The notes under the pieces: model-generated | What the model saw: the letters and a program-made list of their open reading frames with translations, nothing else | Told to the model about the DNA's origin: nothing | Database searches by the model: none | Shown: piece after piece, positions 47,472-59,464 of the stretch | Numbering within the stretch: position 1 is the first letter of the stretch | Layout of the letters: each line of letters starts with the position of its first letter | Position numbers and translations under genes: made by a program | Source: an uncultured Bacilli bacterium | Lineage (GTDB): Bacteria; Bacillota_I; Bacilli_A; RF39; UBA660 | Direction: 5' to 3' | NCBI GenBank assembly: GCA_947632355.1 | Contig: CANROY010000001.1 | Location: 2,040 to 66,039 of the forward strand | Length of the DNA: 64,000 bases

Positions 47472-47846
47472 CTATTTACCTACTTTTTTCTTATTTGCTA
47501 CTACTTTACCTTTACCTTTACGAGTACGAGCATTTCTACTTGTTCTTTGTCCTCTTACTGGTAATCCTTTTTTATGTCTGATACCTTGGTAGCAATTAAT
47601 TTCCATTTTATTTTTGATAGACATTTGGACATCACGACGAAGATCTCCTTCAACATCGTATTTGTCAATTTCTTTTCTTAATGCTGTAACTTCTGCATCC
47701 GTTAAGTCTTTAATTTTCTTTTCTGGATCAACACTTGCATCTACACAAATGGTTTTTGCTAAACTTCTACCAATTCCATAAATTGCTGTTAATCCAATAC
47801 AAACGTGTTTTTCGTTTGGTAATTCAATATTTTTAATTCTTGCCAT
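47472..47846 (-). CDS. rpsM: 30S ribosomal protein S13
   Basis: Sequence and synteny. Confidence 0.95.
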   Translation of the reverse strand: MARIKNIELPNEKHVCIGLTAIYGIGRSLAKTICVDASVDPEKKIKDLTDAEVTALRKEIDKYDVEGDLRRDVQMSIKNKMEINCYQGIRHKKGLPVRGQRTSRNARTRKGKGKVVANKKKVGK

Positions 47847-47858
47847 ATAATCCTCCTA

Positions 47859-47972
47859 TTACCCTTGTACTTGTTTGTGTTTTGGGTTTTCACAAATAAT
47901 CATTACTTTTCCATTTCTTTTAATTTTTTTGCATTTTCTGCAGATTGGTTTTACTGATGGTCTTTTTTTCAT
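47859..47972 (-). CDS. rpmJ: 50S ribosomal protein L36 (not in ORF track; 37 aa)
   Basis: Minus-strand [40 protein letters not shown] with CxxC..C..H zinc ribbon; RBS GGAGG. Confidence 0.9.
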   Translation of the reverse strand: MKKRPSVKPICRKCKKIKRNGKVMIICENPKHKQVQG

Positions 47973-47986
47973 TTTTTATACCTCCA

Positions 47987-48256
47987 TTATCTTTTATTCC
48001 ATGTTATACGCCCACGTGTTAAGTCATAAGGAGAAAGTTCAATTGTTACTGTATCACCTGGTAGAATACGTATCATATTAACGCGCATTTTACCAGAAAC
48101 GTAGGCTTCTACAGTATGTCCGTTTGGTAGTTCTACTATGTAGTCTCCGCCTTTTACAACATCCACTACTTTTCCTTCTACTTCAATTTTATCTTCTCTA
48201 GGTTGTGAATGATTTTCTAGTTTTTCGTGATTTGTTTTCATATTTTTTTTCGCCAT
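47987..48256 (-). CDS. infA: Translation initiation factor IF-1 (with ~17-aa N-terminal extension)
   Basis: Core KIEVEGKVV...[27 protein letters not shown]; RBS AGGAG 9 nt before ATG 48256. Confidence 0.9.
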   Translation of the reverse strand: MAKKNMKTNHEKLENHSQPREDKIEVEGKVVDVVKGGDYIVELPNGHTVEAYVSGKMRVNMIRILPGDTVTIELSPYDLTRGRITWNKR

Positions 48257-48260
48257 ATTT

Positions 48261-49010
48261 TTATTCTCCTGTTAATATTTCATAACCATCCTCTGTTACA
48301 AGAACGGTATGTTCAAAATGTGCAGAGGGATATCCATCCTCTGTTACAATTACCCAGTCATCTTTATCCGTAAGACAAACGTCTTTACTTCCTAAGTTGA
48401 GCATAGGTTCAATTGCAAGTGTCATTCCCGTTTTTAAAGTAACGCCCGTGTGTTCTTCCCCAAAGTTTGGAACGTCTGGGTCTTCGTGCATATTAGTACC
48501 TATTCCGTGTCCTACCAAATCTTCCACAACACTTAATCCGTGTTCATGGGCATATACTTCTATGGCATGACTTACGTCTCCTATTTTAGCACCACTTTTT
48601 ACTTTACTCAAGCCTATTTTTAAGGCTTCTTCGGTATTTTTTACTAAATCTTCCACTTCTTTGGTTGCACTTCCTATAATATAGGTTCTTGCGGCATCCG
48701 ATTCATAACCTTTATACCTTACCGTAAAGTCGATAGAAACAACATCGCCATTTTTTAATTTTCTTGCATCCGGTATACCGTGGACAACTTCATCATTAAG
48801 GGAAATACAAATACTTTTGGGATACCCTTCATACCCTAAGCAAGAAGGAAATCCTCCCCTTTTAATAATGAAGTCGTGTGCTATTCTATCAAGTTCGTTT
48901 AAACGAACTCCCGGTTTCAAATGTTTTTTAATTTCTTCGTGTGCTAAATAATTAATATGTCCGGCTTCTCTCATAATTTCGATTTCTCGATCGCTTTTGA
49001 TACTAATCAT
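48261..49010 (-). CDS. map: Methionine aminopeptidase type I
   Basis: Sequence and synteny. Confidence 0.95.
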   Translation of the reverse strand: MISIKSDREIEIMREAGHINYLAHEEIKKHLKPGVRLNELDRIAHDFIIKRGGFPSCLGYEGYPKSICISLNDEVVHGIPDARKLKNGDVVSIDFTVRYKGYESDAARTYIIGSATKEVEDLVKNTEEALKIGLSKVKSGAKIGDVSHAIEVYAHEHGLSVVEDLVGHGIGTNMHEDPDVPNFGEEHTGVTLKTGMTLAIEPMLNLGSKDVCLTDKDDWVIVTEDGYPSAHFEHTVLVTEDGYEILTGE

Positions 49011-49653
49011 TTAAACACCTTTTTACGTTTTCAAGTATTTCTTCTTCTGTTACATTTGCGTTTACTTTCTTTAATTTACCTTTTGCTTCATAGTACGCAA
49101 TTAGTGGTTCGGTTTCACTTCTATAAACCTCATAACGATTTTTAAAAGTCTCTTCCGTATCATCTTCTCTTTGAATTAAATCTCCACCACATTGGTCGCA
49201 TACGTTTTCGACTTTTGGTTTAAATCCATCAAAGTAAACATTATAAGTCGCTTTACAAGATGTACAAACTCTTCTTCCTGTTGCTCTTTTTAGTAAAAGA
49301 GAAGAATCGATTTCTAATTGAATGACCACATAATCATCAATTCCTATTTCTTGAAATAAATCCGTTAAGTAATCGGCTTGGACAATGGTTCTTGGAAATC
49401 CATCTAAGATAAAAGATTGATTCTTTATCTTTAGAAGTTCTTCTTTAAACAAAGGTAGGATAATATCATCACCAATAAATTTTCCTTCCTTCATCAAGCC
49501 ACTTACAAAATGTCCTCTTTCACTATCCTCTTTTGCAACATTACGTAGTATATCTCCCGTAGAAATATGTTGATAACCCATATTCTCTACTAAATAACTA
49601 CTAATTGTACCCTTGCCAGCAGCAGGGGGAGCAATTAAGATGAGGTTCTTCAT
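49003..49653 (-). CDS. adk: Adenylate kinase (zinc-lid CxxC..CxxC)
   Basis: P-loop GAPPAAGKGT; Cys4 lid. Confidence 0.95.
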   Translation of the reverse strand: MKNLILIAPPAAGKGTISSYLVENMGYQHISTGDILRNVAKEDSERGHFVSGLMKEGKFIGDDIILPLFKEELLKIKNQSFILDGFPRTIVQADYLTDLFQEIGIDDYVVIQLEIDSSLLLKRATGRRVCTSCKATYNVYFDGFKPKVENVCDQCGGDLIQREDDTEETFKNRYEVYRSETEPLIAYYEAKGKLKKVNANVTEEEILENVKRCLND

Positions 49654-50912
49654 CTTACACGTCTCCTTTTTTTATAACTTCTTGAAACAAGTCCACTTTC
49701 AATTTGTTTATAGGTTTCAATTGCAACACCAACAACGATTAATATTCCGGTTCCTCCAATGGATACACTAGAAGGTAGACTAGAAATATTTCCGATTAAG
49801 ATTGGTAATGCAGATAAAATAACTAGGAATACAGAACCAACAATTGTTAATTTACCAAGAGATGTTGAAATATATTTCGTTGTATCTGCACCAGGTCTAA
49901 CACCTGGAATATATCCTCCACGTTTATTTAAGTCTTTACTCATTTCTTCTGGATTCATCATCATAAATGTATAAACATAACCAAAGAACATAATAAGTGC
50001 TATATAAAGAATAAATCCTGTCGGAGTCGTATAAACAATATATTTGTTTATAAAATCAATGGCTCCTTGATTCTTAATTAATCCTGCTATCGTTGATGGT
50101 ATGGTAAGAACAATCGATGCAAAGATAACAGGGATTACACCAGCACTATTAATCTTGATTGGTAAGAATGATGATTGTGTTCCATAAGCACTTGTTGTAT
50201 GATTTGCATATTGGATTGGAATTCTTCTTTCTGCTAAAGTAATCCATATAATTCCTACTAATACAAATAAGTAAACAATTAAGAATAGAACAAATAATCC
50301 AATTCCTACCGCTAAGTTATAAGTTCCTGCAGTAATAAAGGCATTGAAAGCACCAATAAAGATACTTGGCATACTTTCAATAATACCTGCCATAATGAGT
50401 AAGGATGAACCGTTACCAATACCTTTTTGAGTAATTTGGTCTCCTAACCATAATAGGAAAGAAGTACCTGCCGTCATAACAAGTGAAGTCTTAAGCATAA
50501 CCATAACATCTTTGGTATTTAGATAAAATATGGATATAACATAGGCTTGCACAAATGCAAATATGACCGCTAGATAACGATTGATTTTATTAATTTTTTG
50601 TCTTCCTACATAACCTTGTTCTTTTAACTCTTTAAAGTAAGGAATAATATCCATTTGTAAGAGTTGTGTAATAATGGATGCCGTAATATAAGGACTTACT
50701 CCTAAAGCAAATATAGAAAAACTTTTTAATCCTCCACCACTCATTAGGTTGAAGATTTCTAAGAAACCTAATTCTTCATAAAGAACACTTGCCCAAGGAA
50801 TGGTAATACCAGTTCCTAAACAAAATATTCCTAAAGCAAAAAGGGTGAAGTAAATTCTTTTTCTTAAATCTTTATTTTCTTTCGCAAAAAGTTTCGCGAT
50901 ATTTTTAAACAT
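49650..50912 (-). CDS. secY: Preprotein translocase subunit SecY
   Basis: 10-TM SecY signature; synteny. Confidence 0.95.
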   Translation of the reverse strand: MFKNIAKLFAKENKDLRKRIYFTLFALGIFCLGTGITIPWASVLYEELGFLEIFNLMSGGGLKSFSIFALGVSPYITASIITQLLQMDIIPYFKELKEQGYVGRQKINKINRYLAVIFAFVQAYVISIFYLNTKDVMVMLKTSLVMTAGTSFLLWLGDQITQKGIGNGSSLLIMAGIIESMPSIFIGAFNAFITAGTYNLAVGIGLFVLFLIVYLFVLVGIIWITLAERRIPIQYANHTTSAYGTQSSFLPIKINSAGVIPVIFASIVLTIPSTIAGLIKNQGAIDFINKYIVYTTPTGFILYIALIMFFGYVYTFMMMNPEEMSKDLNKRGGYIPGVRPGADTTKYISTSLGKLTIVGSVFLVILSALPILIGNISSLPSSVSIGGTGILIVVGVAIETYKQIESGLVSRSYKKRRRVR

Positions 50913-51356
50913 CTAAATCACCTCAGTTTTGCCACCAGCAGTTTCAATTGCACTAACAGCTTTACTAGAGAAACGATTTGCTTTTACCGTTAATTTTTTC
51001 TCTAACTTACCATTTGCTAGTACTTTGATACCACTTAATTGTTTTTTTATAATTCCTCTTTCTTTTAAAATTTCAGGTGTTACGACATCACCATCATTAA
51101 AGAAGGTATTTAAATCACTTAAATTAATTGTCGCAAACTTAGTTTCAAATCTTGTATTGTTGAATCCTCTTTTTGGTAATCTTCTATATAAAGGAGATTG
51201 ACCACCTTGGAACCAAGCAGAAATAGAAACACCACTTCTTGCTTTTTGTCCCTTTTGTCCATGAGTAGATGTTTTACCCATACCAGAACCTGGTCCACGT
51301 CCAACAATTTTTTTAGATTTTGTTTCTTTTGTTTTTGGTAAATTTTCTAATTTCAT
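50913..51356 (-). CDS. rplO: 50S ribosomal protein L15
   Basis: Sequence and synteny; directly abuts rpsE (no L30 gene). Confidence 0.95.
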   Translation of the reverse strand: MKLENLPKTKETKSKKIVGRGPGSGMGKTSTHGQKGQKARSGVSISAWFQGGQSPLYRRLPKRGFNNTRFETKFATINLSDLNTFFNDGDVVTPEILKERGIIKKQLSGIKVLANGKLEKKLTVKANRFSSKAVSAIETAGGKTEVI

Positions 51357-51357
51357 A

Positions 51358-51906
51358 TTATAACTCCTCTACTTTCTTTCCACGAAGAGCAGCAATTTTG
51401 GCAGGAGTTCTTTCACTTTTTAAAGCTTCAAGTGTTGCTTTTGCTACGTTAATTTTTGTATTTGAACCAAGAGATTTAGAGATAACATCTTTTACTCCAG
51501 CAAGTTCAAGTACACTACGAGCAGCACCACCAGCAATAACTCCGGTACCTTTTGTTGCAGGTTTAATTAAAACACATGCTCTACCAACTTTACCTGTTGC
51601 TTCATGAGGAATTGTTCTACCATCCATAATGGCTACTTTCATGACATTTTTATTGGCCATCATACTGGCTTTGGCAATAGCAGCAGGAACTTCATTGGCT
51701 TTTCCTGTACCAATACCAACTAGACCTTTTCTATTTCCAACAACAACGGTTGCAGAAAATCTAAAATGTCTACCACCTTTGGTAACTTTTGTAACACGTC
51801 CAATAGAGATAACTTTTTCTTCTAATAATTTTTTTCTATCATTATTATGGTCTCTATTTACACGTTTTTCTTGTACTTTTTTTGTTTCTTTTTCTTTTTC
51901 TTCCAT
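51358..51906 (-). CDS. rpsE: 30S ribosomal protein S5
   Basis: Sequence and synteny. Confidence 0.95.
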   Translation of the reverse strand: MEEKEKETKKVQEKRVNRDHNNDRKKLLEEKVISIGRVTKVTKGGRHFRFSATVVVGNRKGLVGIGTGKANEVPAAIAKASMMANKNVMKVAIMDGRTIPHEATGKVGRACVLIKPATKGTGVIAGGAARSVLELAGVKDVISKSLGSNTKINVAKATLEALKSERTPAKIAALRGKKVEEL

Positions 51907-51915
51907 GATGACCTC

Positions 51916-52272
51916 CTAAAACTCAAGTCCGTTTTCACGAGCAGCTTCTGCTAAAGCTTTAACTCGTCCATGATAAAGGTTACCACCTCTATCAAAAACA
52001 ACTTGGCTTATTTTTGCTTTTTTACATTTTTCTGCAATATCTTTTCCAACCATAACGGCTGCTTCCATATTGCCACCATTTTTTAGTTTTAATGCAAGTG
52101 ATGAAGATGATGCTAAGGTTGTACCTGTTGTATCATCAATAACTTGAGCATAAATTCCATTGTTTGAGCGAAATACATTTAGTCTTGGTTTATTACTCGT
52201 TCCACTTAATGTTTGTCTTATACGATTATGTCTTCTTTTACGAACATCGTTTTTTGATTCTTTCTTTATCAT
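51916..52272 (-). CDS. rplR: 50S ribosomal protein L18
   Basis: Sequence and synteny. Confidence 0.95.
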   Translation of the reverse strand: MIKKESKNDVRKRRHNRIRQTLSGTSNKPRLNVFRSNNGIYAQVIDDTTGTTLASSSSLALKLKNGGNMEAAVMVGKDIAEKCKKAKISQVVFDRGGNLYHGRVKALAEAARENGLEF

Positions 52273-52284
52273 ACTATCCCTCCA

Positions 52285-52821
52285 TTAAGCCGCTTTCTTA
52301 CCTTCTTTACGACGTACATATTCATCTTTGTAACGAATACCTTTTCCTTTATAAGGTTCTGGTTTTCTTACTTTACGAACATTCGCCGCAAATTCAGATA
52401 CTTTTTGTTTATCAATACCACTTAAAGTGATTTCTGTATTACTTACAAGTTCTGCTTTAATTCCTTCTGGAACAATAATTTCAACAGGATGTGAGTAACC
52501 AGCATTTATAACAATTTTATTTCCTTGAACATTAAATCTATATCCAACACCAACAGCCTCTAAGCCTTTAGAAAATCCTTCGCTTACACCAATTAACATA
52601 TTATGTATTAGAGAATTTGTTGTTCCTTGCATTACATTCGCACGAGGAGTCTCATTTGCTACATTTGTTTTAACAGAAGTATCACTGACTTCTACATTTA
52701 CTAAGTTTGAAATTGTAAGTGAAAGTTCTCCTTTAGGACCTTTAACAGTTAGCATATTATCGTTTAATGTTACAGTTACACCCGTAGGTATTTGTAACTC
52801 TCTATTTCCAATTCTACTCAT
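52285..52821 (-). CDS. rplF: 50S ribosomal protein L6
   Basis: Sequence and synteny. Confidence 0.95.
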   Translation of the reverse strand: MSRIGNRELQIPTGVTVTLNDNMLTVKGPKGELSLTISNLVNVEVSDTSVKTNVANETPRANVMQGTTNSLIHNMLIGVSEGFSKGLEAVGVGYRFNVQGNKIVINAGYSHPVEIIVPEGIKAELVSNTEITLSGIDKQKVSEFAANVRKVRKPEPYKGKGIRYKDEYVRRKEGKKAA

Positions 52822-52832
52822 AGGTTATTTCC

Positions 52833-53228
52833 TTACCAAATATAGGCAAGTACTTCGCCTCCTAATCTTTTACTTCTTGCTTCTTTGTCTGTCATAAGTC
52901 CTTGACTTGTAGAAATGATTGCGATTCCAAGTCCATTTAGTACGTGAGGAATTTCATCGGCTTTGGCATAAACACGAAGTCCAGATTTACTAATTCTTTT
53001 AAGACCAGTAATAACTCTTTCTTTTCTTTCTCCGTATTTTAAAGTTAAAGTTAACGTATCACCATTTGTACTCTTTTCATAAGTATAATCAGCAATATAA
53101 CCTTCATTTTTAAGAATTTCTGCAATTCCTAAAGTCATCTTTGTACCAATAACGGTAACTGTATCATATTTTAATTGATTTGCATTACGTATTCTTGTAA
53201 GCATATCTGCGATTTTATCTTGTACCAT
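52833..53228 (-). CDS. rpsH: 30S ribosomal protein S8
   Basis: Sequence and synteny. Confidence 0.95.
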   Translation of the reverse strand: MVQDKIADMLTRIRNANQLKYDTVTVIGTKMTLGIAEILKNEGYIADYTYEKSTNGDTLTLTLKYGERKERVITGLKRISKSGLRVYAKADEIPHVLNGLGIAIISTSQGLMTDKEARSKRLGGEVLAYIW

Positions 53229-53245
53229 CTAAAATTCCTCCTTTC

Positions 53246-53431
53246 CTACCAACTTGATTTCTTTACGCCAGGTATTTGGCCTTTGTTTGCTAATTCTCTA
53301 AAACAAATACGACAGATTTTATATTTACGTAAGACTCCATGAGGACGTCCACATCTTTCACATCTTGTGTAAGCACGTACTTTAAATTTTGGTGCTCTTT
53401 GTTGTTTTACTTTTAAACTTGTTTTTGCCAT
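53246..53431 (-). CDS. rpsZ: 30S ribosomal protein S14 type Z (zinc-binding)
   Basis: 61 aa with [14 protein letters not shown]. Confidence 0.95.
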   Translation of the reverse strand: MAKTSLKVKQQRAPKFKVRAYTRCERCGRPHGVLRKYKICRICFRELANKGQIPGVKKSSW

Positions 53432-53442
53432 ACATTCACTCC

Positions 53443-53982
53443 TTAGTTTCTAAAAGGCATACCGAAAGCTCTTAATAAACTTTCTGCTTCCTTATTTGTT
53501 TTTGCTGTTGTTACGAATACAATATCCATTCCTCTAATTTTTAAAACGTTATCGTATTCAATTTCAGGAAATATTAATTGTTCTTTAATTCCAAGTGTAT
53601 AGTTTCCATATCCATCAAAAGCATGATTAGAAATTCCACGGAAATCTCTTACACGAGGTAGAGCCACTTTAATAAGTTTCTCCATAAAATCATACATATT
53701 TTCATTACGTAGAGTTACTTTTGCTCCAATGGTTTGTCCTTCTCTTAACTTAAATCCAGCAATTGATTTTCTGGCTTTCGTTACAACAGGACTTTGACCC
53801 GTAATTAATTTTAAATCATTAACAGCTGCTTCAATGAATTTATCATCTCTTGCACCTTCACCAACACCCATGTTGATTACAATTTTTTCTAATTTAGGAA
53901 CTTGCATTACTGTTTTGTAATTAAATTCTTTCATTAGGGAAGGAATAATTTCTTTGTTATATAATTCTTTTAAAGTACTCAT
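53443..53982 (-). CDS. rplE: 50S ribosomal protein L5
   Basis: Sequence and synteny. Confidence 0.95.
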   Translation of the reverse strand: MSTLKELYNKEIIPSLMKEFNYKTVMQVPKLEKIVINMGVGEGARDDKFIEAAVNDLKLITGQSPVVTKARKSIAGFKLREGQTIGAKVTLRNENMYDFMEKLIKVALPRVRDFRGISNHAFDGYGNYTLGIKEQLIFPEIEYDNVLKIRGMDIVFVTTAKTNKEAESLLRAFGMPFRN

Positions 53983-53992
53983 ATATTCTCAC

Positions 53993-54262
53993 CTATTCCT
54001 CTTTCTTTGCTTCTTTTTTTGCTTTAGAAGCCTTTGCCTTTTCTTCTATTTTCTTAACATTGGATACGTGGATTGGACTTGGCATTTCAATAATGCCACC
54101 TTTATCGTTATTATTTGTAGGTTTTTGATGTTTTTTTACAATGTTGATTCCTTCAACAACAACTTTGTCTTGTTTTTTTAATGTTACAATAACTTTACCG
54201 GTTTTTCCTTTATCTTTACCCGCTAAGATTTTAACATTGTCTCCAACTTTTATCTTCATCAC
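53993..54262 (-). CDS. rplX: 50S ribosomal protein L24
   Basis: KOW motif; synteny. Confidence 0.95.
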   Translation of the reverse strand: MMKIKVGDNVKILAGKDKGKTGKVIVTLKKQDKVVVEGINIVKKHQKPTNNNDKGGIIEMPSPIHVSNVKKIEEKAKASKAKKEAKKEE

Positions 54263-54269
54263 GAACCTC

Positions 54270-54638
54270 CTATAAAACCTCTGGTGCTAAAGAAACGATT
54301 TTCGCAAAATCTTTTTCTCTTAATTCTCTAGCAACAGGTCCTAATACTCTTGTTCCTACTGGTGTTTTATCATCTTTAATAATAACGCAAGCATTATCAT
54401 CAAATTTAATGTAAGAACCATCTTTTCTTTTAACACCTTGAACACTTCTAACGATTACGGCTTTTACAACTTTTCCTTTTTTAAGTCCTGAGTTTGGAAT
54501 GGCTTTTTTAACTGTTCCAACTACGATATCTCCAATATTTCCAAATTTCTTTTTAGAGCCACCTAGTACACGAATAACTAAGAGTTCTCTTGCACCTGTA
54601 TTATCGGCAACTTTTAATCTTGATTCTTGTTGTACCAT
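54270..54638 (-). CDS. rplN: 50S ribosomal protein L14
   Basis: Sequence and synteny. Confidence 0.95.
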   Translation of the reverse strand: MVQQESRLKVADNTGARELLVIRVLGGSKKKFGNIGDIVVGTVKKAIPNSGLKKGKVVKAVIVRSVQGVKRKDGSYIKFDDNACVIIKDDKTPVGTRVLGPVARELREKDFAKIVSLAPEVL

Positions 54639-54649
54639 ACGACTACCTC

Positions 54650-54904
54650 CTAAAGGATTACAGCATCAACTAGAATATCTACAAGTTCATATCTTTTGGT
54701 TTTTGATAATGGTCTTGTACTTCTAATTCTTACTGTATCTCCCACTTTTGCTTTATTTTCTTCATCATGGGCTGCATATTTTTTACTTGATTTAACTCTT
54801 TTTCCATATAATGGATGAGGTTTATAGGTTTCTACTAATACCGTTATGGTTTTATTATTCTTAGCAGAAACAACTTTTCCAACGAATTCTTGTCTTTTTT
54901 CCAT
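54650..54904 (-). CDS. rpsQ: 30S ribosomal protein S17
   Basis: Sequence and synteny. Confidence 0.95.
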   Translation of the reverse strand: MEKRQEFVGKVVSAKNNKTITVLVETYKPHPLYGKRVKSSKKYAAHDEENKAKVGDTVRIRSTRPLSKTKRYELVDILVDAVIL

Positions 54905-55110
54905 TATTCGTTACCTCCCTTAGTATTTTCTCTTTCTTTTAAAACCGTTAGCATTCTAGCAACATCTTTTTTAAGTTCTCTTAGTTTAGATGGTTTATCA
55001 AGGGAAGCCGTTGCATTTTTAATTCTAAGATTTAAAAGTTCTTTTTTTGTTTCTTTTACTTTTGCAAGTATTTCTTCATCTTTTAATTTTCTTATTTCGC
55101 TAACTTTCAC
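54904..55110 (-). CDS. rpmC: 50S ribosomal protein L29
   Basis: Sequence and synteny. Confidence 0.95.
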   Translation of the reverse strand: MKVSEIRKLKDEEILAKVKETKKELLNLRIKNATASLDKPSKLRELKKDVARMLTVLKERENTKGGNE

Positions 55111-55525
55111 TTAATTCACCCTCTTTTCTAACAAATTTTGTTTTTAAAGGTAATTTATGAGAAGCAAGTCTTAGGGCTTCACGAGCAATTTCTTCAGAAA
55201 CACCACTAATTTCAAACATAATTTTACCTTCTTTTACAACAGCAACGTATTCATCAACGTTACCTTTACCTTTACCTTGACGAGTTTCTAATGGTTTTTT
55301 CGTTATGGCTAAGTGTGGGAATATGTTAATGTAAACTTTTCCACCACGTTTCATATAACGAGTCATTGCTATACGAGCGGCTTCGATTTGACGAGCACTA
55401 ACCCAATTTCCTTCTTTTGCCATAAGGCCATATTCTCCAAAATGAAGAGTGGTATTTCCTTTTGCATGTCCATCATATGTTAATCTATGTGGTTTTCTAA
55501 ATTTAGTTCTTTTTGGCATTAACAT
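55100..55525 (-). CDS. rplP: 50S ribosomal protein L16 (start taken at [11 protein letters not shown]; ORF track extends to 55567)
   Basis: Canonical L16 N-terminus MLMPKR; upstream 14 codons overlap the rpsC 3' end. Confidence 0.9.
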   Translation of the reverse strand: MLMPKRTKFRKPHRLTYDGHAKGNTTLHFGEYGLMAKEGNWVSARQIEAARIAMTRYMKRGGKVYINIFPHLAITKKPLETRQGKGKGNVDEYVAVVKEGKIMFEISGVSEEIAREALRLASHKLPLKTKFVRKEGELSES

Positions 55526-56180
55526 TGTCTTCACTCTCCTTTTTTGCTTTGGTAGGAAGAATTTCACCTTTGTAGATCCAAACTTTTACACCAATTTTTC
55601 CATAAGTTGTATCGGCTTCACTATGAGCATAATCAATATCAGCTCTAAGTGTATGTAGAGGAACGGTTCCTTCTACATAGAACTCACTTCTTGCCATTTC
55701 TGCTCCGGCAAGTCTTCCTGAAACCATGGTTTTAATTCCTTTGGCTCCGGCTTTCATTGTATTTCTTAAGGCTCTTTTTTGAGCACTTCTAAATGGAGCA
55801 CGGTTTGCGATTTGGGCTGCTATATTATCAGCAACTAATTTCGCATTTAAATCTGGATTTTTAACTTCTACTATAGAAAGATAAACATCTTCTCCAACTG
55901 CTTTTGATAATTTCTTACGTAACACATCAATATCTTCTCCACCACGGCCGATAATAACACCAGGTTTTGCCGTATGAATGGTTACTTCACATTTATCTTT
56001 TTTTCTTTCAATTACAACGGAAGCAATAGCAGCATCTTTTAGGTTTTTGCGAATATATTCACGAATTTTAATATCTTTATTTAAGGTATCACCAAATTCG
56101 CTTTTTTTGCTATACCATTTAGATTCCCAATCTTTATTGACACCAAGTCTATATCCTATTGGATTTACCTTTTGTCCCAT
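55503..56180 (-). CDS. rpsC: 30S ribosomal protein S3
   Basis: KH domain; synteny. Confidence 0.95.
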   Translation of the reverse strand: MGQKVNPIGYRLGVNKDWESKWYSKKSEFGDTLNKDIKIREYIRKNLKDAAIASVVIERKKDKCEVTIHTAKPGVIIGRGGEDIDVLRKKLSKAVGEDVYLSIVEVKNPDLNAKLVADNIAAQIANRAPFRSAQKRALRNTMKAGAKGIKTMVSGRLAGAEMARSEFYVEGTVPLHTLRADIDYAHSEADTTYGKIGVKVWIYKGEILPTKAKKESEDNVNAKKN

Positions 56181-56531
56181 CTAATTTGCCTCCTTTACTT
56201 TACCATCACTTACTTTAACGGTAATATGACTGGTTCTTTTATCTCTTCTATCTACATTACCACGACTTGCATATTTAATTCTTTTGTAAGTAGGTCCTGG
56301 ATTGATGTAGCATTCACTTACGAATAAATCACTTTCATTTGCTCCTTCATTGTTTACTGCATTCGCAATAGCACTTTTTAGAACTTTTTTAATTAAGCGA
56401 CTTGCTTTGGTATTCGTAGTTTCTAATATTCCTTCAGCAGTAGCAACATCTTTTCCTCTAATAAGGTCAAGAGTCATTCTTGCTTTTCTTGGTGCTATCA
56501 TAGCACTTTTATGTATTGCATAACTTTCCAT
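56181..56531 (-). CDS. rplV: 50S ribosomal protein L22
   Basis: Sequence and synteny. Confidence 0.95.
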   Translation of the reverse strand: MESYAIHKSAMIAPRKARMTLDLIRGKDVATAEGILETTNTKASRLIKKVLKSAIANAVNNEGANESDLFVSECYINPGPTYKRIKYASRGNVDRRDKRTSHITVKVSDGKVKEAN

Positions 56532-56542
56532 CTATGAACCTC

Positions 56543-56806
56543 CTACTTTTGTCCTGCGTGTCCGCCAAATTTACGAGTCATAGCGAACTCTCCTAATTTA
56601 TGTCCAACCATTTCTTCTGTAACATATACAGGAATAAATTCTTTTCCATTATGAACAGCGAATGTATGTCCTACGAAATCAGGAAATATTGTAGAACGAC
56701 GAGAATATGTTTTGATAACTTCTTTTTTATTTGCCTTATTTAATTCTTGTACTTTACTAAGTAATCTATCGAATACATAAGGGCCTTTTTTTAAACTTCT
56801 AGCCAT
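56543..56806 (-). CDS. rpsS: 30S ribosomal protein S19
   Basis: Sequence and synteny. Confidence 0.95.
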   Translation of the reverse strand: MARSLKKGPYVFDRLLSKVQELNKANKKEVIKTYSRRSTIFPDFVGHTFAVHNGKEFIPVYVTEEMVGHKLGEFAMTRKFGGHAGQK

Positions 56807-56818
56807 CAGTTATCCCTC

Positions 56819-57649
56819 CTACTTTTTCTTTCTACTAACAATAAGTTTGTTAGATGCTTTTTTATTTTTTCTAGTTTTATATCCAAGTGCAGGTTTACCC
56901 CAAGGAGTAACTGGTGTTTTACGTCCAACTGGAGCACGTCCTTCACCACCACCATGAGGGTGATCGTTAGGGTTCATAACACTACCACGGTTGGTAGGTT
57001 TAATTCCCATATGTCTTGTTCTTCCTGCTTTACCAATACTCACTAGTTCGTAATCTTCATTTCCAACAACACCAATAGTTGCACGACAAGTTCCTAAAAT
57101 CTTTCTTGTTTCACCAGATTGAAGTCTTACTAATACGTATTTTCCTTCACGACCTAATATTTGAGCAGAAGATCCAGCACTACGACATAACTCTGCACCT
57201 TTACCAGGTTTTAATTCAATACAATGAATTACTGTACCAACAGGAATATTTTCTAAAGGTAGAGCATTACCAACTTTGATATCAGCAGATGCACCACTTT
57301 CAATAATTGTTCCTACTTTTAAATCTTTTGGAGCAATGATATATCTTTTTTCTCCATCTTTATAAGAGATTAAAGCAATGTTCGCACTACGATTTGGATC
57401 GTATTCAATCGTTTCAACACGTCCAGTAACGCCATCTTTATTTCTTTTGAAATCGATTAAACGATATCTTTGTTTTGCTCCTCCACCAATATGGCGAACA
57501 GTTAATTTTCCTTGATTGTTACGTCCTCCGGTTTTACTCTTTTTGGTTGTTAATGTTTTAAGAGGTTTACTTGCAGTGATTTCTTCATTTACAAGTGTAG
57601 TCATTCCCCTACGACCATTTGTCGTTGGTTTATAATTTTTAATTGCCAT
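56819..57649 (-). CDS. rplB: 50S ribosomal protein L2
   Basis: Sequence and synteny. Confidence 0.95.
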   Translation of the reverse strand: MAIKNYKPTTNGRRGMTTLVNEEITASKPLKTLTTKKSKTGGRNNQGKLTVRHIGGGAKQRYRLIDFKRNKDGVTGRVETIEYDPNRSANIALISYKDGEKRYIIAPKDLKVGTIIESGASADIKVGNALPLENIPVGTVIHCIELKPGKGAELCRSAGSSAQILGREGKYVLVRLQSGETRKILGTCRATIGVVGNEDYELVSIGKAGRTRHMGIKPTNRGSVMNPNDHPHGGGEGRAPVGRKTPVTPWGKPALGYKTRKNKKASNKLIVSRKKK

Positions 57650-57664
57650 AAACGTCTACCTCCC

Positions 57665-57934
57665 TTACATATCAATCGTTTCGCCATTCATAAGCGTTAC
57701 GATTGCCTTCTTATAAACTTTAGTTTTACCCGTATATCTTCCGACTCTTCTATCTTTTGGTTTTGTAAGTAATGTATTGATTTTTACAACGTGTACTCCA
57801 AAAGCTTCTTCAATTGTCTTTTTGATTTGGGTTTTTGTTGCCTTTTTATCTACTTTAAAAGTATAGACACCCTTTTGGGCATTAGCTGCACTTTTTTCAG
57901 TTATTACTGGTGCAATAATAATATCGGGATTCAT
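57665..57934 (-). CDS. rplW: 50S ribosomal protein L23
   Basis: Sequence and synteny. Confidence 0.95.
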   Translation of the reverse strand: MNPDIIIAPVITEKSAANAQKGVYTFKVDKKATKTQIKKTIEEAFGVHVVKINTLLTKPKDRRVGRYTGKTKVYKKAIVTLMNGETIDM

Positions 57935-58557
57935 TATTTTAATACCTCCTCAATATAATTAATTGCTTCTTCATCACATACAAGATAATCTGCATTGATG
58001 ATATCATAACAATTAATTTCATCAGCAAGGATATGATACGTATAACCTAAGTTTCTACTTGCCATAAATAAATCGGCATTGTCATCTTTGGTTACAAATA
58101 ATACTTTTCCTGCTAATTTTAATGTTTCTAATAAATCTTTTACTTCTTTTGTTTTTAATGAACCTAATTTAATGTCATCAAGAACAATTAATTCTTTATT
58201 AGAAAATTTGTAAGTTAAAGCACTTTTTAGAGCAAGTACTCTTTCTTTCTTATTAATTTTAAATGTGTAATCTCTTGGCGTTACTCCTAGAGCAATTCCT
58301 CCACCTCTCCATAGTGGTGAACGATTAGATCCAGCTCTTGCACGACCTGTACCTTTTTGTTTGTAAGGTTTTCTACCTCCACCTGATACTTCACTTCTTG
58401 TTTTTGTTTTGGCTGTTCCTTGACGAGCACTATCAAGTTGTAAACGTATCATTTTCTTTAAACAATCATCATTAGTTTCAATTTTCCAAATAGAATCACT
58501 TAGAGTGATATCTTTAAGTTTTTCACCTTTAGTGTTTTTAAGTTCAACTTTTGCCAT
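57934..58557 (-). CDS. rplD: 50S ribosomal protein L4
   Basis: Sequence and synteny. Confidence 0.95.
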   Translation of the reverse strand: MAKVELKNTKGEKLKDITLSDSIWKIETNDDCLKKMIRLQLDSARQGTAKTKTRSEVSGGGRKPYKQKGTGRARAGSNRSPLWRGGGIALGVTPRDYTFKINKKERVLALKSALTYKFSNKELIVLDDIKLGSLKTKEVKDLLETLKLAGKVLFVTKDDNADLFMASRNLGYTYHILADEINCYDIINADYLVCDEEAINYIEEVLK

Positions 58558-58579
58558 TTCTTATCCCTCCAATAGTGTC

Positions 58580-59443
58580 CTAATTCTCTTCTACTACTTC
58601 TTCAGTAGTCTCATCCGTTTGTTCTTCAGTAGTTTCTTCTGCTACTTCTTCTGTTTCTACAACTTCTTCTGTACTTTCTGTAGTTGTCTCTTCTGTAGTT
58701 TCAGTTTCCGTTGTTGCTTCATTTTCCGCTGTTACTTCTTCTGCTTGCTCTTTTACTTCTTCCACTTCATCTACAACTGTTTCTTCTACATAAGAAAGTA
58801 TTTCGAAATCATTTTTCTTCTTGTTATTCTTAATAGCAGATTTAATTAAAACTAATGAATTTTTAGGTCCAGGAATATTTCCACTAACCAAAATATAATT
58901 TTCATTCTCATTTACTTCAACAATTTGTAAATTTTGAATGGTAATGGTTTCATTTCCCATATGTCCTGGTAAGTTTTTACCCTTTAATACTCTTTTTGGT
59001 AACATGGTACCTAATGAACCAGGTCCTCTATGATAATGAGATCCATGTCCCATAGGTCCACGGTTTTGATTGTGTCTTTTAATAGCACCTGCAAAACCTT
59101 TACCTTTTGAAGTACCCGTAACATCAACGATTTCTCCTACTTCAAAAATACTTGCGCCGATTTGTTGTCCAATGGTATATTCACCATCTACATTTCTTAA
59201 TTCTTTTAAGAAGCGCTTAGGGGTTGTATTTGCTTTTTTAGCATGGCCAATCTCTTGACGAGTGGCATTTTTTTCTTTTTTGTCTACTACGCCTAATTGA
59301 ATTGCATTATAGCCATCACTTTCAACAGTTTTTACTTGCATAACTACGTTTGGAGTTACTTCAACAACTGTTACAGGAATTAATTGTCCATCTTTAGTGA
59401 AAACTTGTGTCATTCCAATTTTGCGTCCTAAGATTCCTTTCAT
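58580..59443 (-). CDS. rplC: 50S ribosomal protein L3 with ~75-aa acidic E/T-rich C-terminal extension
   Basis: Canonical L3 core (~210 aa) followed by [67 protein letters not shown]. Confidence 0.9.
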   Translation of the reverse strand: MKGILGRKIGMTQVFTKDGQLIPVTVVEVTPNVVMQVKTVESDGYNAIQLGVVDKKEKNATRQEIGHAKKANTTPKRFLKELRNVDGEYTIGQQIGASIFEVGEIVDVTGTSKGKGFAGAIKRHNQNRGPMGHGSHYHRGPGSLGTMLPKRVLKGKNLPGHMGNETITIQNLQIVEVNENENYILVSGNIPGPKNSLVLIKSAIKNNKKKNDFEILSYVEETVVDEVEEVKEQAEEVTAENEATTETETTEETTTESTEEVVETEEVAEETTEEQTDETTEEVVEEN

Positions 59444-59464
59444 ACTTTTATTTCCTTCCTATTT

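Noticed and set aside
51356-51358. Possibility that rpmD (L30) was missed by ORF calling between rpsE and rplO
   Set aside because: The two genes are separated by 1 nt; there is no room for a 60-aa ORF, so L30 is genuinely absent from this cluster.
58505-58849. Plus-strand ORF 58505..58849 (114 aa, FFCYFF low-complexity) and many other antisense ORFs inside ribosomal, tex, clpC, LtaS and collagen genes (e.g. 47109..47315, 49759..49974, 51320..51607, 23545..23829, 40728..41093)
   Set aside because: They are shadow ORFs opposite well-supported genes (here the mirror of the L3 acidic tail); no RBS or homology support.
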